Source: Desulfovibrionales bacterium (GTDB taxonomy: Bacteria > Desulfobacterota > Desulfovibrionia > Desulfovibrionales > Desulfovibrionaceae). From it: a DNA stretch of 32,000 nucleotides. Below are positions 10,118-23,365 of the stretch, one piece after another (within the stretch, counting starts at the first letter, position 1; each line of letters opens with the position of its first letter). Both the position numbers and the translations under genes were made by a program. The stretch spans positions 1 to 32,000 of the forward strand of contig CBCOTE010000001.1 of NCBI GenBank assembly GCA_965112965.1, written 5' to 3'. The notes beneath the pieces are model-generated. The model had not been told where the DNA came from, made no database searches, and saw only the letters and a program-made list of their open reading frames with translations.

Positions 10118-13100
10118 AGCGTGGTCTCTAGCTACTAAACAGACCAGTAGCAGGTCAGTGGGTGTATATTTACCTAAGTTTCTTCAACCGCAATCATCAA
10201 TAATACAAGCATCTAGCACTGAAATAAAAAATTTACATCCACTACTATATGCCTAAGCATGCCAAAACAAGAGAACTTCTGCGATGCTATTATAGACTAT
10301 ATCAATCCATCACGATAATTTAACGTTAATCTGCATCCTCTTTTTTTTATAAAAAATCTTTATTTAAAAACCTCTGCCGACTCCTCTGACCACACGCCCA
10401 CCACCCCGATTATCAAACCGATGGCTCTCTGGTGCAAGACATAATCCTTAACTATCAAATATTATGACTAAACTTAATTTTTATAATGTTGTCTTAATAA
10501 ATCCTAAAATACGAGAAAAGATGCCACACATACTATTCTGTCTTCAGTCTCGACTTGCAACACCGTGAGAAAGAAAATCTCTGTAAAACCTAAATACCGC
10601 AACAGGCACAAAAAAATCACGTAAAAGACGGATGCGGCTTTCCAAGCTGATTACAGCCATCGCAAAAAAAATCATACCTAAGCTGCGGCCTATACGGCGT
10701 GTCGCCTGACCTACTCAACATAATTTCTCTCAGCCACCCATTAAAAAGGCTCTGCTTTCCAGCGCCGACGAATATTTTGAACACCCACTTTTGCTAACAC
10801 AGAAGTAAAAAACAATCTTCTTACATATTTGGAATAGTCCGCTGCTGACACTATGTCCGATAAGCTCGGCCACAATATCGCCCCCCCCAGTCTCATAAAA
10901 TTCATGCCTATCTGAGTAACCGGGGACCGTATCTTCATAATATGCAACATAAAATAACAGCATAACCTCTGAGAACTCAAGATTATTTTTTATCTAATTA
11001 CTTGGCCTACTCACCCCGCCACCGTAACTAGCCCTTTCGGAATTGGCTATATCCAGAGATTTGTCAAGTAAATCCAAAGCTAGACCCTTCACAACTCCTA
11101 TGTTAAATACGATTATCTGGCTATCGCCACCTCCATAGTAACCCTTGCCCTTCAGTTTAACGCCTATTTTCTCAGCAACTTGATAGGGTTGTTGTGCGAT
11201 ACTATATAATCCTTAGATAATCATTTGTCGACCTAATGGCTGGAATCTCCGCCACCGCCTGTCTCACCATCGCCAATTAATCTATTAATTTCTGTTATCT
11301 TTACGACCAAGACAAAATTGAGTTCATATTGTGGGTGAAAACATGAAAATACCACATATCATATATAGTTCCATTGGCATCAGCGGTTCCGGGATCCAAC
11401 GAATACTGCACCAGTACCCCCCTGCAAAAAAAAATAACGTGGTTCTATTTACAACTCTACTAACTGTCGGATAAACTTAATAGCCACTGGCTTATGCTTC
11501 GAGACGGCCAGGCACTTTGACAGACTAATCTTAAAAATCAACACTAAGTATCTAATAGCCAATACTTAGGCTTATGTCAGCCCGATGCTATACTTAGCCA
11601 TCATCTCAATTCCAATAAGTTGACCTTCATCGAACCCTAACGTCATACTCATAGACCAGCAATATCTTCTCCAATTCGGGACTATTTAGGACCACATGAG
11701 TTTCATAAACACACCTTACTGCAGTTCTAAATTGGGAACCACCCAGTAGATCCTCGGTCGGCATATATAAGATTATCACGCCTTATCACATTTTACGTAC
11801 TCACAAATTCAAACCTTGTGCTACATCGATTTTGACCTCATATATGAAAATCAGCCTCAGCGCAACAGACCTACAACTTTACTTACACCATTGCAGGAAC
11901 CTAATGCACGCCATCATGATGAGTAAACATCCGGCATACTAGGTCTGTTATCACTAACCCCATGGTCCCTCAATCTTAACATTGATATTCCAGTTCGCCT
12001 AGTTTATATGCTTGGTATAGAGGATCAGATTAAAGTGGCATTGTCCCCACGCTGGCCATGTTACAGCACGCCCTAAGTATACTCGGTGCAGTTCCTACCC
12101 TAACGATGACAAGCAATAATTTTCGGTCAATCACTCCTATGCGCTCGGCTGTAGAAAACTTAAACATGACCATAAAAGCTTTAAATGGCCGTAGTGCTCA
12201 TCCTTTAGCGTGCTAAGCTCTTATGTTCTAAAGCCCAGAGCCACCGACATACACCGCATAAGCCAACTTTTTTCAGGGACTATAAATACTATATATTTCA
12301 CGCCGCCTCCGAGCCCAGATCCCAGGGCTGTCATGACCCGGCCAGAGGTATTGAAGACCATACCACTTACTTACGCCACCTACTGGAACCTGGACATAGA
12401 TCTTAACGAGGATATACTGAACGACGGAGAGACCCTACAACACTTGAACAGTCTGTCAATTGACTGGATATATTCTACAGCAAACTTAGGCCTTTTTGTC
12501 CATCCAATTACTAACTGATGAACTCTAATAGTAAACCCTCAGACGTATGGAGGGGGGGCCGGCATAGTATTTAGACAGGCCTAAGCCTAGCCATACCCCA
12601 CTCTCACTCCTCCTTTCATCTAAAAAACTAAACCGGGAACGATGCTAGATAAAAAAATAAATTGCTCCATTGCTATGGAATCTAAAAATGCCGTATAACA
12701 TATCATGAAACACTATCCGTATAAATTGAGACCATACACTTAACTTCATGACTAAGGACGGGCCCGCTCATGTTGTAGCCACAGCAGGCCTGCTATATAG
12801 CCACCATAGCCATCGCTCTGGACCAACTCTGGTTCTGTGCCAGATCTCGCCACATCTTAATTGTAACTACCTGCCTAGAGTAGCCAAACCACTATGCAAT
12901 CATGATATAGAGGTTTTAAAAAGCCGTGTGCTCAAACTTAGGATAGATTTTAAATACTGTGGACCGACAGGAACTCGTGATCTGCGGATGTGCTCTAACT
13001 AACTACTGGTATTATCCATCTTCACTATATTACTCATAGTGTCCTTATGAATGTATCTCCGTTCGACTGTCCAAAACAACGACTACCAAAAAAAATGCAG

Positions 13101-13292
13101 AGACTGGCAACGGGCCAGCTTTTAAGACCAATACGCTCCAGCCAGATGGTGACGAGAGGGATATCTGGACCGAGCTTAGGCCTAGCCGTATGCATCGTGT
13201 ATAACCTATGTCTGGCTACAATGGGCCAGACTTCCTTCTAGATCATAAAATATGTTCAAAAAACTAATGTCGATTCCTTTATTCTGCCATGG
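10118..13292. other. ORF-poor tract containing pseudogene relics
   Basis: 3.2 kb without a convincing ORF. Contains the broken minus-strand frame at 10730-11420 and only short, motif-less plus-strand ORFs. Confidence 0.5.
10730..11420 (-). pseudogene. Relic of a minus-strand gene of unknown family (frameshifts plus one in-frame TAG)
   Basis: Hand translation shows 11212-10730 is one 161-codon frame with a single internal TAG at 10994-10996 and no start codon at its 5' end. Protein-like pieces lie upstream in two other frames: 11420-11301 (GVLVQYSLDPGTADANGTIYDMWYFHVFTHNMNSILSWS) and 11280-11233 (LIGDGETGGGGDSSH). A GGG(D/V) motif recurs: GETGGGGD, GYYGGGD, SYGGGV, YETGGGD. Confidence 0.5.
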
Positions 13293-14456
13293 TCAAGACA
13301 TGAATCCGTACAATCTACCTCGTACTACAGCCCCGGCGCCGAAGCGCTCACGGATAGCATCCAGGGTCCTATCCAAGGTCTCATCTCGGGCATACCCAAA
13401 CTCTGGATCAAGCAACAGCTGTTGTAGTCCGCGGCCAAAATGCGACACCCTTACCCCTATGAGCCTCACCGGTTGAATCGGCACGAGCTGTCCCAGCAAA
13501 TTCACCACGGTCTCAAAAATCGTACGTGTGGCTGCAGTGGGCTCGGCCAACGTGCGACTGCGGGTCAGACTAATAAAATTAGCATACCGCAACTTGAGCG
13601 TCACTGTACGTCCAACGAGCTGCTGCTGCCGAAGCCGCTTACCCACTCGCTCGACCAAGACTAACAACCAGCAGTGCAGCAGCTCCATATCCTGCGTATC
13701 CTCGTCTAGAGTGTGTTCGGCACTCTCACTTTTAGGCTCATACCACGGTTCTACCTCCCGCAAGTCGATCCCTCGGGCTCGATCCGCGAGCACCAGCCCC
13801 CATTTGCCTAGCCGCCGCCTCCAGAAGTCCGTCGGGTAGCGCAGCACATCCCCGGCCGTATACACCCCCAGCCCATGCAGCTCAACCAATAACCGAGGCC
13901 CTACTCCAGGAATCTTCTCCACCGGTAACTCTGCTAGAAAATCAGCTACTTCCCCGGATTCGATACAAACCAGACCGTCGGGCTTACGCAGGTCAGAAGC
14001 GATCTTGGCTAGGAACTTTACCGGGGCGATACCCACGGAGCATGTCAACCCAGTGGCCTGTAGCACAGCCTCTTTAATCCGTCGCCCCAACTCCATAGGC
14101 GAACCGAACAACTGCTTCATGCCAGTGATATCCAGATATGCCTCATCCACCGACGCCTGTGCCACTAATGGCGAAAATCCATCCAGTACGGCTATAATCT
14201 GATGTGAAATCTCAGTATATCGCCATATGCGGCTGGGCACTATCATCACCTGAGGACACTGCCTAAGCGCCTGACTTATAGGCATAGCCGATCGAACCCC
14301 AAATGCCCGCGCCTCATATGAACAAGCTAACACCACACCACGTTTGCCACTGCCAACCACTATGGGCTTTCCCAGAAGCTCAGGCTGATCAAGTTGTTCC
14401 ACCGACGCGAAGAACGCGTCTATGTCCACATGCAGAATACGTCGGTCAGTGCCCAT
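13293..14456 (-). CDS. dinB: DNA polymerase IV (Y-family translesion polymerase)
   Basis: ORF 13293-14498 opens with GTG. The likely start is the ATG at 14456, giving MGTDRRILHVDIDAFFASVEQ. DEAYLD catalytic motif and IGIAPVKFLAKIASD are present. TGA stop. Confidence 0.9.
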   Translation of the reverse strand: MGTDRRILHVDIDAFFASVEQLDQPELLGKPIVVGSGKRGVVLACSYEARAFGVRSAMPISQALRQCPQVMIVPSRIWRYTEISHQIIAVLDGFSPLVAQASVDEAYLDITGMKQLFGSPMELGRRIKEAVLQATGLTCSVGIAPVKFLAKIASDLRKPDGLVCIESGEVADFLAELPVEKIPGVGPRLLVELHGLGVYTAGDVLRYPTDFWRRRLGKWGLVLADRARGIDLREVEPWYEPKSESAEHTLDEDTQDMELLHCWLLVLVERVGKRLRQQQLVGRTVTLKLRYANFISLTRSRTLAEPTAATRTIFETVVNLLGQLVPIQPVRLIGVRVSHFGRGLQQLLLDPEFGYARDETLDRTLDAIRERFGAGAVVRGRLYGFMS

Positions 14457-15060
14457 GGTATTTGATAGCACGGTATGCCTTCGGCAGTCAGAGGCCACTC
14501 TTAGACCTTTATACTCTGGAGAAACAATTAGCGTATTTTACACATTTCGCCAGTTAAATAAAAAAATAATGCGCACACTTTCACAATCAGTAGCGACTAT
14601 GTATATTTTTTTTAAAGGAATAGATAATGTCCGTAGTAATCTTAAAGCCGAATTATAAAACAAATAATATCGTCGTAGATCTCAAAAAAAACAAAACGAA
14701 CTAAATAGGTACTCAAGACCATACCCACCATTTTTACTAAAGGTCGCATATTTTATTAAAGAAACTAATATGTATAGACTTTAAAAAAATAATATCTTGG
14801 TTTTACAAATATGGACCCCATAAATATCAGACTGATCTTTAGACCAAACTTTATTAATTTAGGAGCATGATTAATGTATAACGCCACAACATATTGATAC
14901 AACATTTGAATTTCTTAAAAAATTAGAATTCAAATCTGCTCATTTCTGCAGTAGTTATGGAATATCATTGCTTTAAACTAAAATATAAACAATTGTATCA
15001 TATCAAAAGTATTCACACAACATATAGCTAACTATAAAAAATCGACTTATCCTCAAGATA

Positions 15061-15831
15061 CTATGGTTTCCGGAGCCAAAGTAAGAACTCTTGATTCCCT
15101 TTGTGCCCTTTAATGACGGCCGGCACTAGCCCGGCCACATTCAGCCCCAACACCTTACTGGCATAAGCCGATACCATCTCTACAGCTTCGACCTGCCTAA
15201 TTGGGTCACGCACTATCCCTTTAGGCGCACCCCCCGGTCCCAACTCAAATTGCGGCTTAACCAACACCACAAGTTCGCCTTTAATCCGCAGCAGGCTGAC
15301 TAAAATAGAGAGAATAACAGTAAGAGAAATAAATGAAAGATCGGCTGTAACAAAATCTACGAGCTCGGGCAACAGATCCGGACTAGCCAGCCGGAGATTC
15401 ACTCCCTCAAGGTTAATTACACGAGGGTCTGACCTAAGCTTCTCATGTAGCTGGATACGCCCCACGTCCACGGCATAAACACGCTCAGCTCCATGCTGCA
15501 GAAGGCAATCAGTAAAACCGCCGGTGGAGGCACCAGCATCTAGACAAACTTTGCCGGCCACTTTGAGACCGAAGCATTCAATGGCCGTAAGCAATTTCTT
15601 ACCGCCGCGGCTAACAAAACGTGGCGGTGCGGCTATGACAAGCCGCGCAGTAGGCGGCAGTTGATAGCCCGGCTTGTCGATCCGCTCATGCAGTCGTGCC
15701 ATACCTACGCCCTTCACTCCAGACATAAACAAAAAAACCTCACCGGCCATGACCAACCGCTTGGCCTGTTCACGGCTGGCAGCCAGACCTTGCTCGAAGA
15801 GCAACTGGTCAGCGCGGATCCGTCTGGCCAT
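15061..15831 (-). CDS. tlyA: TlyA-family rRNA 2'-O-methyltransferase (S4 domain plus FtsJ-like fold)
   Basis: 256-aa ORF. N-terminal S4-like segment RADQLLFEQGLAASREQAKRLVMAGEV. SAM-binding motif LDAGASTGGFTDCLLQHGAERVYAVDVG. Confidence 0.85.
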   Translation of the reverse strand: MARRIRADQLLFEQGLAASREQAKRLVMAGEVFLFMSGVKGVGMARLHERIDKPGYQLPPTARLVIAAPPRFVSRGGKKLLTAIECFGLKVAGKVCLDAGASTGGFTDCLLQHGAERVYAVDVGRIQLHEKLRSDPRVINLEGVNLRLASPDLLPELVDFVTADLSFISLTVILSILVSLLRIKGELVVLVKPQFELGPGGAPKGIVRDPIRQVEAVEMVSAYASKVLGLNVAGLVPAVIKGHKGNQEFLLWLRKP

Positions 15832-17750
15832 AACTTAAAAGACCGCAAAGCAGCCAGTAACCTCGACAATAGTCATAATATACCTTCCATGGTCTTATAT
15901 AGCCACAGCTGTGACGCCAGGAGTGAAATTGACATACTATCTAAAAAAATACAAAAGCAGTAATGGTACCCGAATACAGACAAAAACAGCCCAGCCGAAC
16001 TTGCCTTAGCTGTTACAGGCCTGACAAAAGCTATTGAACAAATATGTAGACATCCTTGTAGAAAATAAAAAAAAATAGGCCGATCTCCCATAAAAGATAT
16101 TGAATACCATCTGATGAATCCAGAGTCCGACCAAGATATCAAAATTATTCACAAACAGGAAAACAGGTCCATAATCTCTTTAGATCAGCCATCTTATGTC
16201 CGAAGACTAACCGTAGCCGCAGCGTGTATATTTTAAAAAATAAAATAACCTTGGCCAAAATCAGAGTAGTCGCCGGTAATCAAATCGGTAAAAACGCTCG
16301 GGCCGGGACCGAAGCAACCAACAGAACTAACCGCAGGGTCAGTACGGACAACAGGCCAAGTAGATAGTACATCAAGAATAGGCATAGTAAACTCATAGTA
16401 CAAAAAACCTCATCAAGCATTGCGGTTAAAGAACTAAGATTAGCAACATATGGCCGTCACAGTCTGTTCCATATCGACTTTATAGTACTCTGACATCAAG
16501 AAGCACATCATATTTAAAAAAAATAGAACCGAAAAAAGTGGCCCGCAACGGGCAAAGTTTAGCATAACACAGCCCAGCCATTCAAGCTATATGTCGCGAT
16601 ACTGGCCACTACAACACGGTCAGGACTTCTTCTAGTAAGCCGACCATGGCGGATTGGAGAGCAATAACACTCAGTAGTCCCAACGCCACGAGAATAGCAA
16701 AGTAACAATGTGGATGACAAAATAAAGACTATCCACCTTGTCAGGCGTACTTATTCAAAATGTTGATTAATCAATAAAAACACCAAACTAATTAATTTCA
16801 TGGTGCCACATATACAAGTTTTTTTATTTTTTATAAATGGTATGCCAGCCAATCTGCAGAGCTATTTAAGGCTGGCTGTAATCGAACCAAACATGAAATT
16901 CCCGGACAACGTCAACCTTAAAATTCAGATCGAAAAACGGAATCATGGACCACGCAAGGGCCGAGTCAACTTACCGGACAAAACTATCAAACTCAACCTA
17001 ATACATCTTACCTGCAGATCTATTCCCGTGCTTCTTACGCCTAACCTGAGCCAAATAGTCGGATGCCTCAATGACTTAATGCGTACTCATCCACCTGGTT
17101 TCTTAGTCCATGATTATGGCTCAAAAAAATTCAGGACTTGGATGAAAACATCCGGCTACCTTTTGCGTTTTACCCGACATCTAAATATTGAATTCATCGA
17201 ACGTAACTAGCTCGCAAGTCCCTTTTACACAAATGAAAAAAACATCCGCCACCCGAATAAAATATTAGAGGAAAAAATTAAAATATTCTCGCAATCTCAT
17301 CTCGTAAAACCATTGATAGCATAATAGGCTCTCCCCTCGAAGCACCCCGAACATCCTATGCATAGCTCTCACCGCGACTTACAACACTTCGATGTCCAGT
17401 TTATCACACTTGCTTCCCTAAAGCCGCTTTATAACGATGAACTATTCCATCGAAATCATCATCTGGGTACTGCCCCCAAGGCTGGCCGTATCCAGTCTCT
17501 CTAGGCGTTCTAAATTATCAACCTTGCCAATATCAAATCTAGTGACAATATAATCCGCCCAAGCATAAACATGAACTTGCTCACTCGTCGCCTCTACACT
17601 ACGCTATCGACAAAGCGTATAAGGACGGATTTCTAGAAATCTAATCTTAATCCGCCCATAATATAGAATCAAGCGTGCCCCACGGAGAGAACAAATCAAT
17701 GCCCAAACAGCCTACAGTTAGGTACATAAATTAAGTACGGTAATCTCTCC

Positions 17751-18605
17751 TTAATACAATAAACTGTTATGCATCTTATACGCCTTGATCGTATTATAGA
17801 GCAGCATGGCGACGGTCATAGGCCCCACACCCCCCGGCACAGGTGTCATAGCCGCTACTTTACCTTTAAGTGCCTCAAAATCGCAGTCACCAACTAGCCC
17901 CGACGCAGTATGGTTGATGCCTACGTCCACCACTATCGCACCTTCAGCCACCATATCCGCGGTCACGAAACGTGGGATGCCTATGGCCGCAAACACAAAA
18001 TCTGCCTGTCGACACTCGGCTGCCACGTCGAGTGTACGGGAATGGCAAATGGTTACAGTAGCATCGGCTACAGTGAGCAACGCAGCCAACGGCTTGCCGA
18101 CAATGTTACTACGCCCCAGAACTACCACTCGCTTACCGCGTACCCTGAACTCGTAACGCCTGAGCAGCTCCATCACCCCCGCTGGAGTGCAAGGCCAAAA
18201 TCCCGATAGACCTATAACTAACCGGCCTATATTAAACGGATGGAAACCGTCCACGTCCTTCTCCGGCGCGATGCGACATAATAAATCAAACTGATTAAAC
18301 CTATTGGGCAACGGCAACTGAAGGAGAATGCCGTCCACCTCAGACCGCCGGTTTAACTCGTCGATGATACTATTCAAAACCTCTGGAGCCACCCCAACTT
18401 CTAAGAATAGATTCTCAGAAATTATCCCCATCTCCTCGCAGGCCCGTACTTTATTATGCATATAGATCTGCGAAGCCTGATCTGCGCCCACCAGGATCAT
18501 TGCCAACCCCGGCCGCCGACCTACACGGCCAACCAGCTCATCAACTTCCGCCTTGAGCTCCATGCAAATCGCCGCGGCGGTCATCTTCCCATTAAGTAAC
18601 TGCAT
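17751..18605 (-). CDS. folD: Bifunctional methylenetetrahydrofolate dehydrogenase / methenyl-THF cyclohydrolase
   Basis: 284-aa ORF. LLQLPLP, EKDVDGFHP, VVLGRSNIVGKPLA and PVPGGVGPMT motifs are typical of FolD. Confidence 0.92.
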   Translation of the reverse strand: MQLLNGKMTAAAICMELKAEVDELVGRVGRRPGLAMILVGADQASQIYMHNKVRACEEMGIISENLFLEVGVAPEVLNSIIDELNRRSEVDGILLQLPLPNRFNQFDLLCRIAPEKDVDGFHPFNIGRLVIGLSGFWPCTPAGVMELLRRYEFRVRGKRVVVLGRSNIVGKPLAALLTVADATVTICHSRTLDVAAECRQADFVFAAIGIPRFVTADMVAEGAIVVDVGINHTASGLVGDCDFEALKGKVAAMTPVPGGVGPMTVAMLLYNTIKAYKMHNSLLY

Positions 18606-18690
18606 AGTTTTTTTCTGGACAGAACAGTCTATGAGAGGTGATGGACAAAAATATCATTCTTCCCATTCCTCACACGCCGTTGCCGTTGCC

Positions 18691-20013
<1,323 letters not shown>

Positions 20014-20072
20014 TTACTATCAGCGTCATTAGTTAAGGGACACGTCGGTTACATATACGACAGCGCCTACCA

Positions 20073-20888
20073 CTACTGGCGTCGGGTATACAAAAAAAAT
20101 AATCCTCCGAGAATCAAATCCGGTAGCACAACATCAAAACAGGACGCCACGGAAGCGATTTTCTCAGCGAAGCCACCCGTAGCTACTACGGTCAAGGTAC
20201 AGTCTGGCCAGCCCAGTAACGGCCGTAAACGCTGAATCAATCCCTCGGCTAAAGCGGCGAAACCAAAAACAAAGCCATGGTTCAGACTCTGGCTGGTGCT
20301 GCGACCAATGACCAATGCAGTGGCATCCACATCCAAACTGATCTGCGACAGCTTGGCGGCCTGAGTTGCTAAAGCCCTGACCGAAGAGAGCACACCAGGA
20401 CAAATGAGCCCACCCAGATAAACGCCATCAATCACACAGTCAAAAGTAGTAGCCGTGCCAAAATCAACCACTACATGGGCTGGAGCCGGGTAAAGCACAG
20501 TGGCAGCATAGGCGCCTACTAAGCGGTCAACACCCACCTCTTGAGTCCTCAAGTAGCGATTTTCCAAGGGCAAGGGCAGGTCGCCCGGGACGAAGAACAG
20601 TGCACAGCCCAAGTAACGACGACAAACCTGACCAAGAATTAAATCCACAGACGGAACTACGGAGCAAACTACACAAGCGACAATCTCGCCCGGAGCATAG
20701 CCGGCATGATCAAGCAGGGCTAAGAGTCGCAGTCCCAGAGAATCAGCCGTCCCAGCCTCAACCGTAGACAAAACATATGATATCGACTTTGGAAGGGTAG
20801 GGATCACATCTCCATATCCCAAGTAGGAGAATATCCCAAACTTAATATTGGTATTGCCGATGTCACAGACTAAAACTGCAGGCGCCAT
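20073..20888 (-). CDS. coaX: Type III pantothenate kinase
   Basis: 271-aa ORF. LVCDIGNTNIKFGIF phosphate-binding motif, VVDFGTATTFD and VVATGGFA are typical of CoaX. Confidence 0.9.
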   Translation of the reverse strand: MAPAVLVCDIGNTNIKFGIFSYLGYGDVIPTLPKSISYVLSTVEAGTADSLGLRLLALLDHAGYAPGEIVACVVCSVVPSVDLILGQVCRRYLGCALFFVPGDLPLPLENRYLRTQEVGVDRLVGAYAATVLYPAPAHVVVDFGTATTFDCVIDGVYLGGLICPGVLSSVRALATQAAKLSQISLDVDATALVIGRSTSQSLNHGFVFGFAALAEGLIQRLRPLLGWPDCTLTVVATGGFAEKIASVASCFDVVLPDLILGGLFFLYTRRQ

Positions 20889-20935
20889 GCTTCCCTGGGG
20901 CGGCCGAATAGAAAACGTCAGACCATCCCGCTTTT

Positions 20936-20964
20936 TTTATATCGCCATCGGAACATCTTTTCAA
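20936..20964 (-). promoter_or_regulatory. Candidate sigma70-type promoter upstream of coaX
   Basis: On the minus strand: TTGAAA (20964-20959), a 17-nt spacer, then TATAAA (20941-20936). This places it about 45 nt upstream of the coaX ATG at 20888. Sequence match only. Confidence 0.35.
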
Positions 20965-23365
20965 GTATTTTTCGATCCTTCCAAAAAAGCTCGTCCGTCC
21001 TCACACCTCAACAAACTGCGCTGCTTTGACAGGTCTACTTCTCTCGCTAACAATATATGAATGGGAACAAAAAAAAATAATCTACCAGTCTCTTTGGTAT
21101 AATTTATTGACTTACGTGGCTATGGCCATGTCCGACCTCAAAGCGGTCTAGTCTTCATAAATTCTTTTAGACGAAGTGTTCGCCGTAATCATGTGGGAAC
21201 TTGTATGTCTGACGATGGGCGAATCCCTAAGGTGCTATCGGCGAAATGCCTAGCCTGACAAACGGAGATGGTTGGGCTATTTGCGAATATAACCTGCTTG
21301 TCTGATGCCCGGCAGCTATGCCCCATCTGAAACGTGTCCGTAAACATAAACCGTGACCTTGCTAGCTACAAAATAAACGCGGCTCATTTGCGGTATTCTC
21401 TGTGGCAGACTTCATCATATTCATGGTCCGCACCTAGACCATGACGATCTTTTGCGCCAGCCCAGCCAGCTTCATTGTAGCCCAGTACGTCCCGACTATT
21501 GTCCAAAAAAACATATGGTCACGACATATTTCACGATTGATATTGGCATTCTTAAAAACGCCCCATACCACGCAGTCAAATATCTTATAATATAATCACC
21601 ATTAAGAAAATGAAACAATATAACATGAACATACCTAGATCATAGCAGTCAGATTCAACGCCATCAGCGACCTGGCTGCCTACGTCCTGGCCAACGTCAA
21701 AATACCTGTTCGGTGGAACAAATCAAGCTTACACGCCGGAACAGATCTAAACTATCAACTGCTGGTATGAAAAAAATCGAGGACTATTTTTTTACGCTAA
21801 ATTTGTCTAATATTTGAATTATGACATCTCAACTACTGGCTGAAGCTTAAGCACATAGCCTTCAATCTGTTATTAAAGCTAACTAAGGAGCACCCCTTAC
21901 GTTATTAATACGTCTAAAGCATAGACAGCCCATTCTATGTTAACAGGCCAAAGCATATACTATAGTGCTCCTATATACCTTTCAGCTGCTAACGCAGTAT
22001 AGTATCGGTACGAACATGGCCCATAGTTTACTAGACCTTGTCATCCAGTACGACCAAATAAAAAAGCTCCTGGATGTAGCCAAAGTACCAGTATCACAGT
22101 TTCCCATGAACATCCTCTTCCCCAACCAAACACACCCATTGCCCCCGGCCAGCCGTCGCTTTACTATCAGCTGCCGGAAGTTAAAGTAGAGCTGATAACT
22201 AGCCCCCGCAGCCATTCTCAACCACCTTTGGCAAGGCTGGCTGCCATATATCTATGGTATATAATGTAGAACAAGTCCATCTTGAGGTATGGCCGTACTT
22301 GTTCTAAGGTATAGGCCAAAGACTTCCCATAGACCTTCACGGACACTACAGTATTCAGGATATTCCTAGACAAAGACGGCCTAGCGACATGCTAAGAATA
22401 AACTATAGATATCGTAATCGGCCAGTTATAAGTTGTACGTCCCGGACCTTGATCCTGGTCTTGGGCGCTATCGAAACATAGCGACTCCTTGCTCAACTCT
22501 GCCTATCAGACTTTCACAGACGACCTAAACAATAAGCATGGGCTGTTGGATGCGGAGTTCATAAAAAAAACCTTTACGTCGGCATTATGTTCTTCTTTAG
22601 GAAAAGCTGGCCACCTACTGGGCCATCTTAATGAATAAACATTGACTTAATCGCGTCAAAGCCGGCACTATACTTCGACCGCAGGCTAGCTATATACTCT
22701 TACAGAGAATCGAGCTTCACCAAATGAAAATGGCCATATTTTTGTCATTAGTATTACTATGAGAGCTATAGCCATGAAAGCAGAATCTTCAAGAAATATT
22801 ATAGCAGCCACCCATGCCCGGATTATAGCCGTGCAGTTGCCGCAGTCAAAGAAACCACTAACCATAGATCTACAAGAAACATCTTCGGCCTATCCAAAGC
22901 GCATGTCGAAATGCATACAGATCTGTCCAACTATCCTTTTGTTGGAAGAATATTCAAAATATATTTAGAACTAAGCCGCCAATCCAATGTAACCCGGCCG
23001 AGACGACACTCTTCACCTACCTACTGCAACTTCGATAGTTAAAACTAATATATAAGACGCAGACTGCATAAAAAAAGAATCCAATCAGCTCGATCGTTAG
23101 TGTCAACTACCGCTACCACGCTATCCTTAATCTATTATGCATCTACACATCACCGCCACCAGCGCGCTGCTCGCCCAGGACTGCAACTTCTAGCCCTCGC
23201 TGACTATTCAAGCACTGTCTCTTGCAGGCCGCCGCAGGTATTATCGGCCGGTCCTGAATGTTTCCTTTGGTCCCGCGTCCCACGAAACACGCTTAGTTAA
23301 CAATTCCTCATGAAACAAAACAAAATTTATTCTGTCTAATTTCTCTTTTTTCGGTTAAATTACAA

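Noticed and set aside
13211-13230. Hairpin tctggc-N8-gccaga about 60 nt downstream of dinB as an intrinsic terminator
   Set aside because: The stem is only 6 bp and no U-tract follows on the minus strand. I saw no convincing Rho-independent terminator after any gene.
12210-13476. Chain of four plus-strand ORFs (64-102 aa)
   Set aside because: They alternate between frames and have no motifs. The same T-poor strand effect applies, and the last one overlaps dinB in antisense.
16709-16860. Convergent DnaA-box-like pair, tgtggatga (16709-16717) and ctatccacc (16729-16737), followed by an AT-rich stretch, as a candidate oriC. Single near-boxes also occur at 4189 (ctatccaca) and 24409 (tatggataa).
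   Set aside because: There are only two imperfect boxes (1 and 2 mismatches), flanked on both sides by same-strand genes. There is no dnaA/dnaN nearby, and matches at this level are expected by chance in 32 kb.
16800-17210. 136-aa plus-strand ORF, the longest ORF in any gap
   Set aside because: It is AT-rich with no motif or RBS. The plus strand here is T-poor, so stop codons are rare and long chance ORFs are expected. It lies on the opposite strand to all neighbouring genes.
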